Below, piece after piece: positions 51,901 through 64,000 of a stretch of 64,000 bases of DNA. The notes under the pieces are model-generated. The model saw only the letters and a program-made list of their open reading frames with translations. It did no database searches and was not told where the DNA came from. The translations under genes and the position numbers were made by a program. Position 1 is the stretch's first letter, and each line of letters opens with the position of its first letter. Source of the stretch: Podarcis gaigeae (lineage: Eukaryota); NCBI GenBank assembly GCA_964106915.2, contig OZ066919.1; one strand, written 5' to 3'.

Positions 51901-52718
51901 CAAACCAAATGAGGCAGAGGAGGCCATTGATCAGCTTCTGCTACATTTTAAAGCCTCAAAGCAGTCCTGAGGTTCCTCATTTGATTTGGGGAAAGTGTAG
52001 AGTCCACCCATTCCTTTTGTATCCTTTCTCCATCTGTCCTGCTTCACTATACCTATGCACCAGTCCCTCTCGTCCTTACACAACTACCTGGCCATTCTAC
52101 ACTCTCACTTCTACAGGTGTGGCTCTCTCTCTCCTCCTCTCCACATATGAGCTGCATCACACCACACCAACACAAACAGACACACTCCAGCTTCTTAATG
52201 CTGCCTGCTTCCTCAGAGAGAGGTGGCTGGGCTCAACCGTCCTTTTGAGCAACGTTGTTGACCCACGCTGAAAAACTGCTGCCTGCTGCTGCCGTATCTT
52301 ACGTGGCTGTCAGCGAAACGCACTCTGCACATGTTCAGAGGCGCCGACTGTGAGAGTTCTGGGGCGCCGAGGCGAGGCCAAGGCTGACGCTGCCTCAGGT
52401 GCGTCTCCCTCCCTGCACCTGCGTCAAGCTTCAGCCCGCGTCCCTCACCTGCCTCCCCCCTCATCGGCCAGAGCGAACCCCCCCCCCCGCACCCGCGTCC
52501 GCCTTCGCCACCTTCGCCGCTCCCTCTCTCCTCACCTGGTGGGTGCTGTTGCCCAGCACCTCCAAATCAAAGCCGCCGTCTCGCGGGCCGCACACTCCCT
52601 CGGATTCGGCCCGCCGAACCCGCGGCGGCGCTCCCGCTCCGAAGCGGAGCTCGCGGCCGTAGAGCGGGGCCGCCAACAGCAGGAGGATCCCGGCGCGCAT
52701 CCACCCCGACGGCTCCAT
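6887..52718 (-). CDS. SORT1: Sortilin (Vps10p-domain sorting receptor), complete 20-exon gene, 786 aa; join(52536..52718,28017..28076,26368..26441,23692..23794,22619..22783,21196..21269,20640..20689,19681..19811,18814..18958,18104..18259,16767..16873,15972..16074,15578..15746,14211..14401,13551..13740,10104..10220,9358..9466,8531..8637,7144..7255,6887..6901)
   Basis: Manually spliced exons give one open frame of 2361 nt with consistent phases and GT-AG introns (one GC-AG). Protein has signal peptide, RVRR furin site, Asp-box repeats (SxDxGxTW/F), 10CC region, TM helix, FLV/YSVL motifs and C-terminal DDSDEDLLE. Adjacent to PSMA5 as in human. Confidence 0.97.
7144..7255 (-). CDS. SORT1: SORT1 exon 19 (cytoplasmic): [37 protein letters not shown]
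   Basis: 112 nt, tag acceptor, GC donor (GAG|GCAAGT). Confidence 0.94.
7850..8330 (+). mobile_element. Old, degraded L2-like LINE fragment
   Basis: Remnant peptide [11 protein letters not shown]...LWNSFP resembles the L2 ORF2 C-terminus at 59295. Confidence 0.55.
8531..8637 (-). CDS. SORT1: SORT1 exon 18 (transmembrane): [35 protein letters not shown](R)
   Basis: 107 nt, cag/GTGAG flanks, hydrophobic helix followed by KKYVCGGR. Confidence 0.97.
9358..9466 (-). CDS. SORT1: SORT1 exon 17: [36 protein letters not shown]
   Basis: 109 nt, cag/GTGAG flanks. Confidence 0.96.
10104..10220 (-). CDS. SORT1: SORT1 exon 16: [38 protein letters not shown](G)
   Basis: 117 nt, cag/GTAAT flanks. Confidence 0.97.
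10581..10599. repeat. (CA)n microsatellite
   Basis: About 9 CA units. Confidence 0.8.
12688..12852. mobile_element. Palindromic MITE (long hairpin)
   Basis: About 50-nt near-perfect inverted arms GCTGTGTGCACACCATACATTTAAAG... / ...CTTTAAATGTATGGTGTGTACACAGC. Confidence 0.8.
13279..13398. mobile_element. Palindromic hAT-like MITE family copy; related copies near 17605-17730 and 41405-41535
   Basis: GGGAACCTGTGGCCCTC...GAGGGCCACAGTTTCCCC inverted ends. Confidence 0.65.
13551..13740 (-). CDS. SORT1: SORT1 exon 15 (10CC): [62 protein letters not shown](C)
   Basis: 190 nt, tag/GTATG flanks; within ORF 13448..13894. Confidence 0.97.
13875..14105. mobile_element. Partial non-autonomous hAT-like element
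   Basis: Terminus ...GGCCCCCTGCTGAAAAAGATTGCTGACCCCTG is a CAGGGGT-type hAT end with GGCCC subterminal motifs. Confidence 0.55.
14211..14401 (-). CDS. SORT1: SORT1 exon 14: [63 protein letters not shown](C)
   Basis: 191 nt, cag/GTGAG flanks. Confidence 0.97.
14590..15072 (+). mobile_element. CR1 LINE 3' fragment
   Basis: Degenerate ORF2 C-terminus ([18 protein letters not shown]...KMIKGLE) and 3' UTR GGACTAGATGACC...TTCCAA. Confidence 0.85.
15342..15473. mobile_element. hAT MITE with 8-bp TSD
   Basis: CAGTGTT...AACACTG termini; TSD ttctacag/ttctatag; internally palindromic. Confidence 0.8.
15578..15746 (-). CDS. SORT1: SORT1 exon 13: [56 protein letters not shown]
   Basis: 169 nt, cag/GTATG flanks; within ORF 15562..15816. 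Confidence 0.97.
15972..16074 (-). CDS. SORT1: SORT1 exon 12: [34 protein letters not shown](G)
   Basis: 103 nt, cag/GTAAT flanks. Confidence 0.97.
16767..16873 (-). CDS. SORT1: SORT1 exon 11: (D)[35 protein letters not shown]
   Basis: 107 nt, cag/GTTTG flanks. Confidence 0.96.
18104..18259 (-). CDS. SORT1: SORT1 exon 10: (D)[51 protein letters not shown]
   Basis: 156 nt, cag/GTAAG flanks. Confidence 0.97.
18814..18958 (-). CDS. SORT1: SORT1 exon 9: [48 protein letters not shown]
   Basis: 145 nt, tag/GTGAG flanks, near-identical to human. Confidence 0.97.
19681..19811 (-). CDS. SORT1: SORT1 exon 8: (K)[43 protein letters not shown]
   Basis: 131 nt, aag/GTAGG flanks; tandem AAGAAG acceptor. 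Confidence 0.95.
20640..20689 (-). CDS. SORT1: SORT1 exon 7: [16 protein letters not shown]
   Basis: 50 nt, cag/GTAAG flanks. Confidence 0.95.
21196..21269 (-). CDS. SORT1: SORT1 exon 6: [24 protein letters not shown](W)
   Basis: 74 nt, cag/GTGAG flanks. Confidence 0.96.
21500..21800 (-). mobile_element. Old L2-like LINE fragment
   Basis: tttaggactttaaag...aacactttgaattgggccagaa matches the reverse complement of the L2 FKVL..FKAL region. Confidence 0.5.
22619..22783 (-). CDS. SORT1: SORT1 exon 5: [55 protein letters not shown]
   Basis: 165 nt, tag/GTAAG flanks; within ORF 22598..22783. Confidence 0.96.
23692..23794 (-). CDS. SORT1: SORT1 exon 4: [34 protein letters not shown]
   Basis: 103 nt, tag/GTAGG flanks, Asp-box SEDYGKTF. 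Confidence 0.97.
24330..24660 (-). mobile_element. Old L2-like LINE fragment
   Basis: Similar to L2 ORF2 reverse strand (ggccatttaaggct...cagtccagaggttacc). Confidence 0.5.
26368..26441 (-). CDS. SORT1: SORT1 exon 3: [24 protein letters not shown](S)
   Basis: 74 nt, cag/GTGAG flanks, sortilin homology. Confidence 0.96.
28017..28076 (-). CDS. SORT1: SORT1 exon 2: [20 protein letters not shown]
   Basis: 60 nt, cag/GTAAG flanks, similar to human [20 protein letters not shown]. Confidence 0.96.
28779..28987. mobile_element. Tc1/mariner (Tigger-like) MITE
   Basis: TA|CAGTGGTACCTTGGGTT...AACCCGAGTTACCACTG|TA. Confidence 0.85.
32513..32875 (+). mobile_element. Full-length Sauria-type SINE
   Basis: tRNA-like head (A box TGGCGCTGTGG, B box GGTTCGAATCCC), (ACCTTT)n tail, 13-bp TSD TAATGATTTCAAT at 32499-32511 and 32876-32888. 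Confidence 0.92.
33865..34566 (-). mobile_element. Solo LTR (702 bp) of an LTR retroelement or ERV
   Basis: TG...CA termini with inverted repeat (TGTTACGG / CCGTATCA), 5-bp TSD CTCAA on both sides, internal tandem repeats, AATAAA on minus strand at 33988-33993. Confidence 0.85.
34992..35127. mobile_element. Palindromic hAT MITE with 8-bp TSD
   Basis: CAGGCATAGGCAAACTCC...GGAGTTTGCCTATACCTT; TSD TTATATAG. Confidence 0.85.
37071..37216. mobile_element. hAT MITE with 8-bp TSD
   Basis: CAGTGGCGTAGCGTGGG...CCCACACTACACCACTG; TSD AGTGAGGG. Confidence 0.85.
40801..40840 (-). mobile_element. Severely 5'-truncated Sauria SINE (3' tail only)
   Basis: GTAAAGGTAAAGG...CCCCTGACCATTAGGTCCAGTCG is the reverse complement of the 3' end of the 46180 copy. 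Confidence 0.75.
42779..43067 (+). mobile_element. Tc1/mariner-like MITE with internal ~31-bp tandem repeats
   Basis: CAGTCATACCTTGGG...AACCCGAGCGTCCACTG|TA; homologous and inverted relative to 45892-46136. Confidence 0.8.
44675..44990. mobile_element. Long-TIR MITE (degenerate hairpin); related fragment near 5313-5478
   Basis: GCTTATCCTCACTTACTTT...AAAGGTAAGTGTGGATAAGC inverted ends with further internal complementarity. Confidence 0.65.
45892..46136 (-). mobile_element. Tc1/mariner-like MITE
   Basis: TA|CAGTCATACCTCGG...CCGAGGTATGGCTG|TA. Confidence 0.85.
46180..46532 (+). mobile_element. Sauria-type SINE (second subfamily)
   Basis: Same head and B box as the 32513 copy, divergent 3' body, degenerate ACCTTT/ACATTT tail. 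Confidence 0.88.
49540..49753. mobile_element. TIR element of the AGGGTTGCCA family; related terminus near 24260-24271
   Basis: TAGGGCTGCC...TGGCAACCCTA termini. Confidence 0.55.
49760..49965 (+). mobile_element. CR1 LINE fragment
   Basis: Similar to 14705-14890 (CTGAAGGGCTGTCACATGGAAGAGGG). Confidence 0.7.
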
Positions 52719-53260
52719 CTCTGCCGCCGCCGCCGACAACAACCTCCAACACAGAAGTCTCTCCTCAGAGCACGGAGGCGGCTCACCCCCGCCGCCCCGC
52801 CCACCAAAGCCTCGATTGGGCTGCGCCGCTCAGGTATGCCGAAGCCATTGGCTGCGGGAGGTGGCACTCTTATCTCCCTTTCAGACAGCAGACAGCCTCT
52901 TCTGACAGCTCCTCTGCCATTCGTGCAGCGACCCCAGCCTCTATTTTCTAAGTGGTTTACAGGGCTGCCAATTGCGGCGCAGCAGCCAACCCTGCCCCCA
53001 CCCCCCTGTGGCCATTGGCTACCTCCTAACACCAGGCTCCTCCTCCTAATTCTCTAGCTGGGCAGCATCACCCCACTTTGGAGAGCACCTTGCCCATTGG
53101 CTAGCTGCCTACCAGCGTTTCCCCTTACAGCTCCTAGGAGTAATCTTAGCCTCCTCGCTGCTGTGCTCCGATTGGTTAGAAGAGGGTGGCACTAAGGCTT
53201 TTTTTTTAATTGGCGGAAATTCGATGCTGCTTTCGTCCTAGAGATTCTTGGAGTGGCTCG
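52300..53260 (-). promoter_or_regulatory. SORT1 CpG-island promoter with GC box and multiple CCAAT boxes
   Basis: CpG-dense island around exon 1; GC box near 52795-52802; ATTGG at 52815, 52847, ~53014, ~53096, ~53171, ~53208; no TATA box seen. Confidence 0.8.
52536..52718 (-). CDS. SORT1: SORT1 exon 1 coding part: [61 protein letters not shown]
   Basis: Strong Kozak (gagATGG), hydrophobic signal peptide, RVRR; ends NSTHQ|GTGAG like human NNTHQ; lies in a CpG island. A second in-frame ATG is at 52700. Confidence 0.9.
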
Positions 53261-56200
53261 GAGCGTTTGGGATGGAGATTAAGACCAAGATAGGGAGACT
53301 TTTTTTTTCTAATTTTCACATACTGGTATTTGTTACATTTGCCCACTTATATGGGCAAGCAACTAGTCCTTTGGGGAAGGATTCATTGGGGGGCAAGGCT
53401 GTGAGCCATTCTGGATTTGAAATCCTCTTCTGCAGTTAAATCACCTCGCCTTCTGGACACCTGCTGGCCTTCCTAAAAGATATGCACAAAGTCCTACTGC
53501 CTTATCAGTTTGGATCTCTGAGTCAGGCAATTTTTATGGCCATTCTCTTTCGTTTGGTTTCTGTTGAAGACTCAAGTGAAAACAGCAAGCGAAAAAGCAA
53601 GGGTCAAATTACAGAAAAAGAAAAGGTCAGGTCTGTCACTTAGATTTTGTCATTTTTGAATGACTTTCTCTTCCACCCTTTTGAGTGTTAAAGGATATTC
53701 CAAAGAAAAACAAAAGCATACCAAGAGAAATGGTATTTAGATCCTTCCCAATATGCCTAAAATGTACAGTACTGCAAGACATGGGCTTAAAACCTACACC
53801 CATTTACTGAGGAGTAAATCCCATTGACTGAAGTGGATAGATTGTGCTTTTAGAGTGTGTCTTTAGAGTTTTTAGAGTGCCACAAGCATTTTAGTATATT
53901 TTTTTCCACAGTAGGTTAACATGGGTTGCTGCTCTGAGAGTTAGTATATTCTATCTTGGTGCATCCAGGATCCAAGTTCTTTATTCCTCCATGATGCTTG
54001 TTTTACTTCATTGTCTCAGCAGTATGGTTAAAGCATAATCCCAGAGTCAAAAAAGCACAGACAGAACATTTTGAACACCCTTTCTCCCTCATTTTCCTTT
54101 TTTCAATGATAGAAATGGCTTGACTAAATGCGTGAAGCCCTAGTATTGGAACAGAGCAAAGGATACATTAAATATTTATTCTCTCTTCACTCCTCATTGC
54201 CATAGAGCCGGCAATTATGGCATTTTGCTAACGAGCAACACAAACATGCACATGATGTTCCTTATACTGCTCTCACAGTACTGAAGGCTTTTTTCTTATG
54301 AAGAGGAAGGTATAATGTGTCCTACTAACAAAAATGCAGATACATCAAAATAGCCATCACAAAAGTATCAGGGCAGGCAGACACCTAGTTATGAGTACTT
54401 TAAAGAAAAGCAATGGTTCATGACACAGATGCCCTTCACAGATGATGCAGTATATATGTATTTTCTGCAACCAAGTTCAAAATGTATAAGTAGTGACTCC
54501 ACATAATTAAAGCCTGATCTTTAGGACAATGGTATTGGTAAACTGCCAACACACCTCACTCAGGTAAACACAGTTAAGTACATTCCAACTCCATTAATAA
54601 CAATGGAAAAGTACGTACTTAATTAAATCTTCCTTCAAACTGAACAAAGCTTATTTTGGCTGGATCATGTATCACCATATATAATTCAAACTAAAGGCAA
54701 AATGAAGTTTTAAGGTTACATACAAACGAAGATGTTAGAAACTGAGCACTTAATGATAGTTATCAGAAATGATAAATCCTTGCATTCCCAAATACTATTT
54801 TTAATGGGCTGGACAGTAAGGTATCCTTAATCCAAGTCACAGAGGAAACCAAGGCACAGACTTCATGAGATGCCTTCATTGAACCTTCATCTACTAGGTC
54901 TACTCTTGTTTGCAGGAATGGAAGTAGAGTGCTGCTAAGTAGTTGGATAGCCAGATGGAGCATCTACAGACTTTACTTTGACCCTCCTTTCTTTTACACA
55001 ACTGAAGACCCAGGAACACTGCAGCCCTCCTAGCAAGCAATGGGTTAACAAGTGTTATAGCTAGAAAGTAAAGGCTTCAGAGTATGAACAGGAAACCATC
55101 ACATAACAGAAGCATTGCAACATGAATTCATGGGAGAGGGGGAAGAGTTGAAACCTACATGCAAGAACCACAAGTTGCTGAAATAGTGTATAGTTATTTC
55201 ACATAAAGTATTACATAGCATTATGGACAAAAAAGAGTGGAAATTAACCAAAGAAAACAGTTGTATATTCTGAATGTCAACAATAGAGACAAATAATTTG
55301 GACAATTCAGAACTTTGCCACCAAATCTCCAAACCTATCAGGGTTGCGAGTGGCCACGCTATAGGATGGTAATCTTCTGAGGATTTTGATCACTTGCCCC
55401 AGAAAAGAAATACACAATTATATAATGTACCAGATAGTACAGCTGCTGCATCTGGAGTCCTAGGGTGGGGAGGTGGATGGAGAAAGAAGCACACAACCAG
55501 GAACAAACTGCCTTTACTCAACAGCTCACTGGAGGCAGTCTGGCGGGGGGGGGGGAGGGGGAGGAAAAGTTAGGAAAAACTACAGTTGCAATGCCACTGT
55601 ACTATATTGCATTAAGTAAAGTCACCTTGGAGAACCTTGAGTTGCAAAGGAAATATTAATTACATAGGGCAATATCCTACTAAACAGTTCCAGTAGCACT
55701 TCTCTTGTGGGTTCACCCCCCCCAACCTCCTAGAACAGATTTAGGGGCTACTGAGGGAGAAGGAAGCCAAAAGTGCTTGCTCTAGCAGAACTGTTTAGCT
55801 AGATACCACCTATGTAGCAGCAGCAGTAGTAATAATATTCCAGAACTCTTAGGAAATCAGGAAATGGATTTTTTAAAATGAGGGTTTTAAAATAAGGCTT
55901 TTAAAATGTTCCTGTAACAGTATCACCAGAAAAACAAGACTGAAAAAGAATGAAGAATAAAGATTACAATTCTCTTTGAAAATACCTGTCAACCTTCTAA
56001 AGATGACAATGCATGAAATTACAGTTCAGAGACTGCTTGGTTGCACCCAGACATGGAGCATCCCAGTTACTATATATTGTGAGCCACAGAGTTTAATGGA
56101 CCAAGTTGGGGTTGACTGGTTGTATCCACAGATCACTATTTAGAATGGCCACTTTTCATACTTTATATTTTGTAGGATAGTCACTTTGAAATACAGATCC

Positions 56201-58458
56201 TTAGTACAGTATCTAAGATCATAAGGACTAAAAGTGTGCAATTTTGGCAACGTTACCTTGTAATACTTATGGTGGATGCACAAGGGCACAAAATTGGATA
56301 GATATATATATATTCTAATAAAATTCAATACATCCAAAGTATTTTGGTACCTCTCGACAACAGCTGATGCAAAAATCAGCTGATGATCAAATAATGTCGC
56401 TAACTGAACAGATGTATTTGCTTTAACCTATGGCGACAGAATAAATGCATCTGTACAAGCAACCAAATTAAACTATACACTATAGAAAGCACAATTTGGC
56501 ACAGGTGTTTTGGTTTGGTCAGCATCAGCTATGGACACCTAATATGATGTATCTAAAAATTGTCAAAATAGAAAGCAGGTACAATAAACCCTCAAGAAAA
56601 TAGCATGTTCCATGTGTATTGGAGCATATAGTGAAACAGATCCTGCAGATATGGAAGTAGTACATGTTGTCCTGTAGGCAACCAATAGCTGACCCAGGAA
56701 AATGAGGAAATAAAGCACCATGGAAAAGTTCAGCATCTTGTACACATAAAAAATGTGATTTAGATCAGTTAAAGAGTCCAGTATTTGACCTTGGACCAAG
56801 GACAAAATAATTGTTTCAAAAATTAGTGAGCCTCCTCATACCTTATTTGCCCATGTTAGTTTGCATTTGAAATGTGCAGGCAGGCATACCTACAGCTACA
56901 TTACAGATTATTTATTTTCAGAGTCTCTCATGGGCTAAGGAGACACACTTTTCAAGATCTGACTGTAGTAGGCAAAAATTGAATCACTTCCGGTCATAGA
57001 AAGACCGATGAGAACAAAGTCTTGCTTTTTGGTTAGAGAGAAATCATGGTATGATCACATGGTCTCTGGTACCAGCAACAGCGCCTAAAGCAGAATATAA
57101 AAAGCCTTTGTCTTTAGTGCCAGGGAAGGTTTTCCTTTTTGCACAGAGCAAACGCTAGATGAAAAACAATAGTTCTATATTCCAAACAGGCTTTAAAATG
57201 CACCCATTCAAGCTTATCCTGTGATGTATCCATTCTTATAGATAAGCAGAAGGCACAAACAGACTAGCCACCTGCTATGCAGGTCATTACCTAGCCCAGC
57301 ATAGGCCTGTCCTTTTTCTGCTCATTGCTCATTAAGACCATTAACTTCTGCTCAGCCAAAGTATAGCCACTAAAGGCACACACAATCATTTCTGTGTTAA
57401 TCTTTGCAATACTGTGTTTAGGATGCAATTACAGGTCTCATTACTGCCAAAATATTTTTGTAAGTACCGATGACTGCTAGGCAAATATTGTCTGCCAAGC
57501 TGTTAAATGAGACAGACAATTCTTAACTTTCCTGAATGAGTAATCCTACAATTTCCCATTTTACCCAACCTGTTTGATATTGCATTGTTTGTTATCACAG
57601 CAGCTTAGATTACTCTAGCCTTGCTGATATGCATTAGAACAACAAAAAGAAATGAACAAGGGCATGGCACAAAGTTACCACGCACTCCTGTTCTAAAGTG
57701 AAAATAAAGCCAGTTGGCCACAATATCAAATATCTAAAAAGCAAGTCAGACCAGATAGTTTATTAAACGAAAACTTTAAAAAATGAAATCGGCAGGCCTA
57801 TTTGTCTGACAATTCAGTTCTTATCTAGGATAGAAGCATATCCTCTCCCATAGGAAGATACAAGGTGCAAGACTAGATCAATTCACTAGCGGCTAAATTC
57901 TGTTGACTCATTAAGAACATGTGTTCCCACACGAGGGAGCTATGCCATTTGAATGTCTAGAAATGGAGCTCCAGAAGTGGATTTTGAAGGCTACATGTCT
58001 GGGAGTTTGATAAATGCTGCCCAGAAAAGGAAGACAGCTCAGCACAGTAATGTTAGATTAGAAAGGTAACAGAAAATTGCCCAACGTAAGTGAAGTACTA
58101 TACAGTAATCTTAACTGTAGTGAACAGTATAAATGCCCAGAAAGTTAGTATTTTAACTGTGCTACTTACTCAGGTGCAATCTTGCAATATGAAAAAGGGA
58201 TTTGGGGGTCTAAAATGTTTCCCCACAGCATACTGTATCAGTGATGTTTGTCACTGTTGTCAGGAGGGGAGGGGATTTAGGTTTTTTTTTTAATGAACTG
58301 AATAAGCAGTCAACTGAAGTTAAGAGTCACATTCTGAAATACTACTGTAGTAACAGGCACCAGAGAAGGCAGCCCTGAATTTTCATTGGGATGTTGTACT
58401 TCCACTCTCTTGTTGTCGCAACGTTTCCAGTTTGAACCATTCCTCCAACCCCAGAACT

Positions 58459-58502
58459 TTTATTATAGAAGAATTGACATAAGAGTAACAAAATGATTTA
58501 TT
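58459..58502 (-). promoter_or_regulatory. PSMA5 polyadenylation signals (two AATAAA)
   Basis: tttatt at 58497-58502 and 58459-58464, about 180-220 nt after the stop. Confidence 0.65.
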
Positions 58503-58680
58503 CTAGTTTCCTCTTACTGAAGATCTTTTATATGTACAGAAACTGTAAAAAATATTTTGAGCCTTTGTTTAAGAGCAGGCATACTTGCTGCTGAAATAAA
58601 GTTACGGGCACTGGAAAAAAACTGAAGAATCAGTTTGCTGTGATCAGGGAATGAGGCATTTGGAGAGGTTCTCTCCCTCA

Positions 58681-63427
<4,747 letters not shown>

Positions 63428-63984
63428 CTATAAACTTGACCTATTGTGATTCGGCAGCACCTAGAGACTTGAGCATTCTATCCTCCGACATGGCCAAGGA
63501 GGAGGGGTGAAAAATGGATTTAATTTACCCATTTCTGGCTTGTTATGCATGAAGTAGGAATTGTGGCTTGAAAAAAAGTAGTCAACTGCAACACAAACCA
63601 TAGTCAAACCATGGTTTATGAAGCAGGCTTGCTTAATAAACTACAGGATTTATTTTAAAACAAGCTTCCTAATTTGAACATAAAAAGCTATTAGGAAAAA
63701 TGGTATTTAATTCTGTGTTTTTTCTCCTCTCGGCCATACAGGAGGAGGAGAGGGGAATCCTCAAGCCCAAGGTTTTGCTCAGACTTACAGAAGCACATAG
63801 TTTAGAGTTACATGCAAACCAGTCATGGGTATGCATGGCAGCCAAAGTGTTAAAATAGTTGGATTATTTTGATCTATGGAGCATTGTGTGGTGTTCTGCA
63901 CAGAAACTGGCCTTTCCTGGCTCTCCTCCAGCAATTGATCCTGCTCCAAATAGCTAGTCCCAGAACCCTCCAAAAGAGCATATA

Positions 63985-64000
63985 CAGTGGTACCTCGGGT
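63985..64000. mobile_element. Left TIR of another Tc1/mariner MITE, cut by the window end
   Basis: TA|CAGTGGTACCTCGGGT, as at 28779. Confidence 0.6.

Noticed and set aside
6887-52718. Possibility that this is a SORT1 paralog or pseudogene
   Set aside because: Intact frame, conserved exon sizes and motifs, and PSMA5 synteny indicate the functional ortholog
52350-53057. 235-aa plus-strand ORF and overlapping ORFs
   Set aside because: Arg/Pro/Ala-rich products expected from stop-poor CpG-island DNA antisense to SORT1 exon 1; non-ATG start; no recognisable domain

Overview
This is vertebrate genomic DNA, most likely a squamate (probably a lacertid lizard), judged from Sauria-type SINEs and the L2, CR1 and MITE repertoire. 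The window holds a complete 20-exon sortilin gene (SORT1) on the minus strand. Its ATG is at 52718 in a CpG island and its stop is at 6887; the spliced CDS is 2361 nt (786 aa). Eighteen of 20 coding exon lengths match my recollection of human SORT1; exon 1 is 41 codons shorter and exon 19 is 4 codons shorter. Upstream on the same strand are the last three coding exons of PSMA5, the same PSMA5-SORT1 order as in human. Introns carry Sauria SINEs, L2 and CR1 3' fragments, hAT and Tc1/mariner MITEs and a solo LTR. I see no convincing wholly new biological system. The best leads are a much shortened sortilin propeptide, a GC-AG last intron that gates the dileucine sorting motif, a candidate 9-nt in-frame microexon in intron 17, a sense-oriented solo LTR in intron 1, and an inverted pair of MITEs carrying NRF1 and ETS motifs. 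Human comparisons and TE family names are from memory and need database confirmation.
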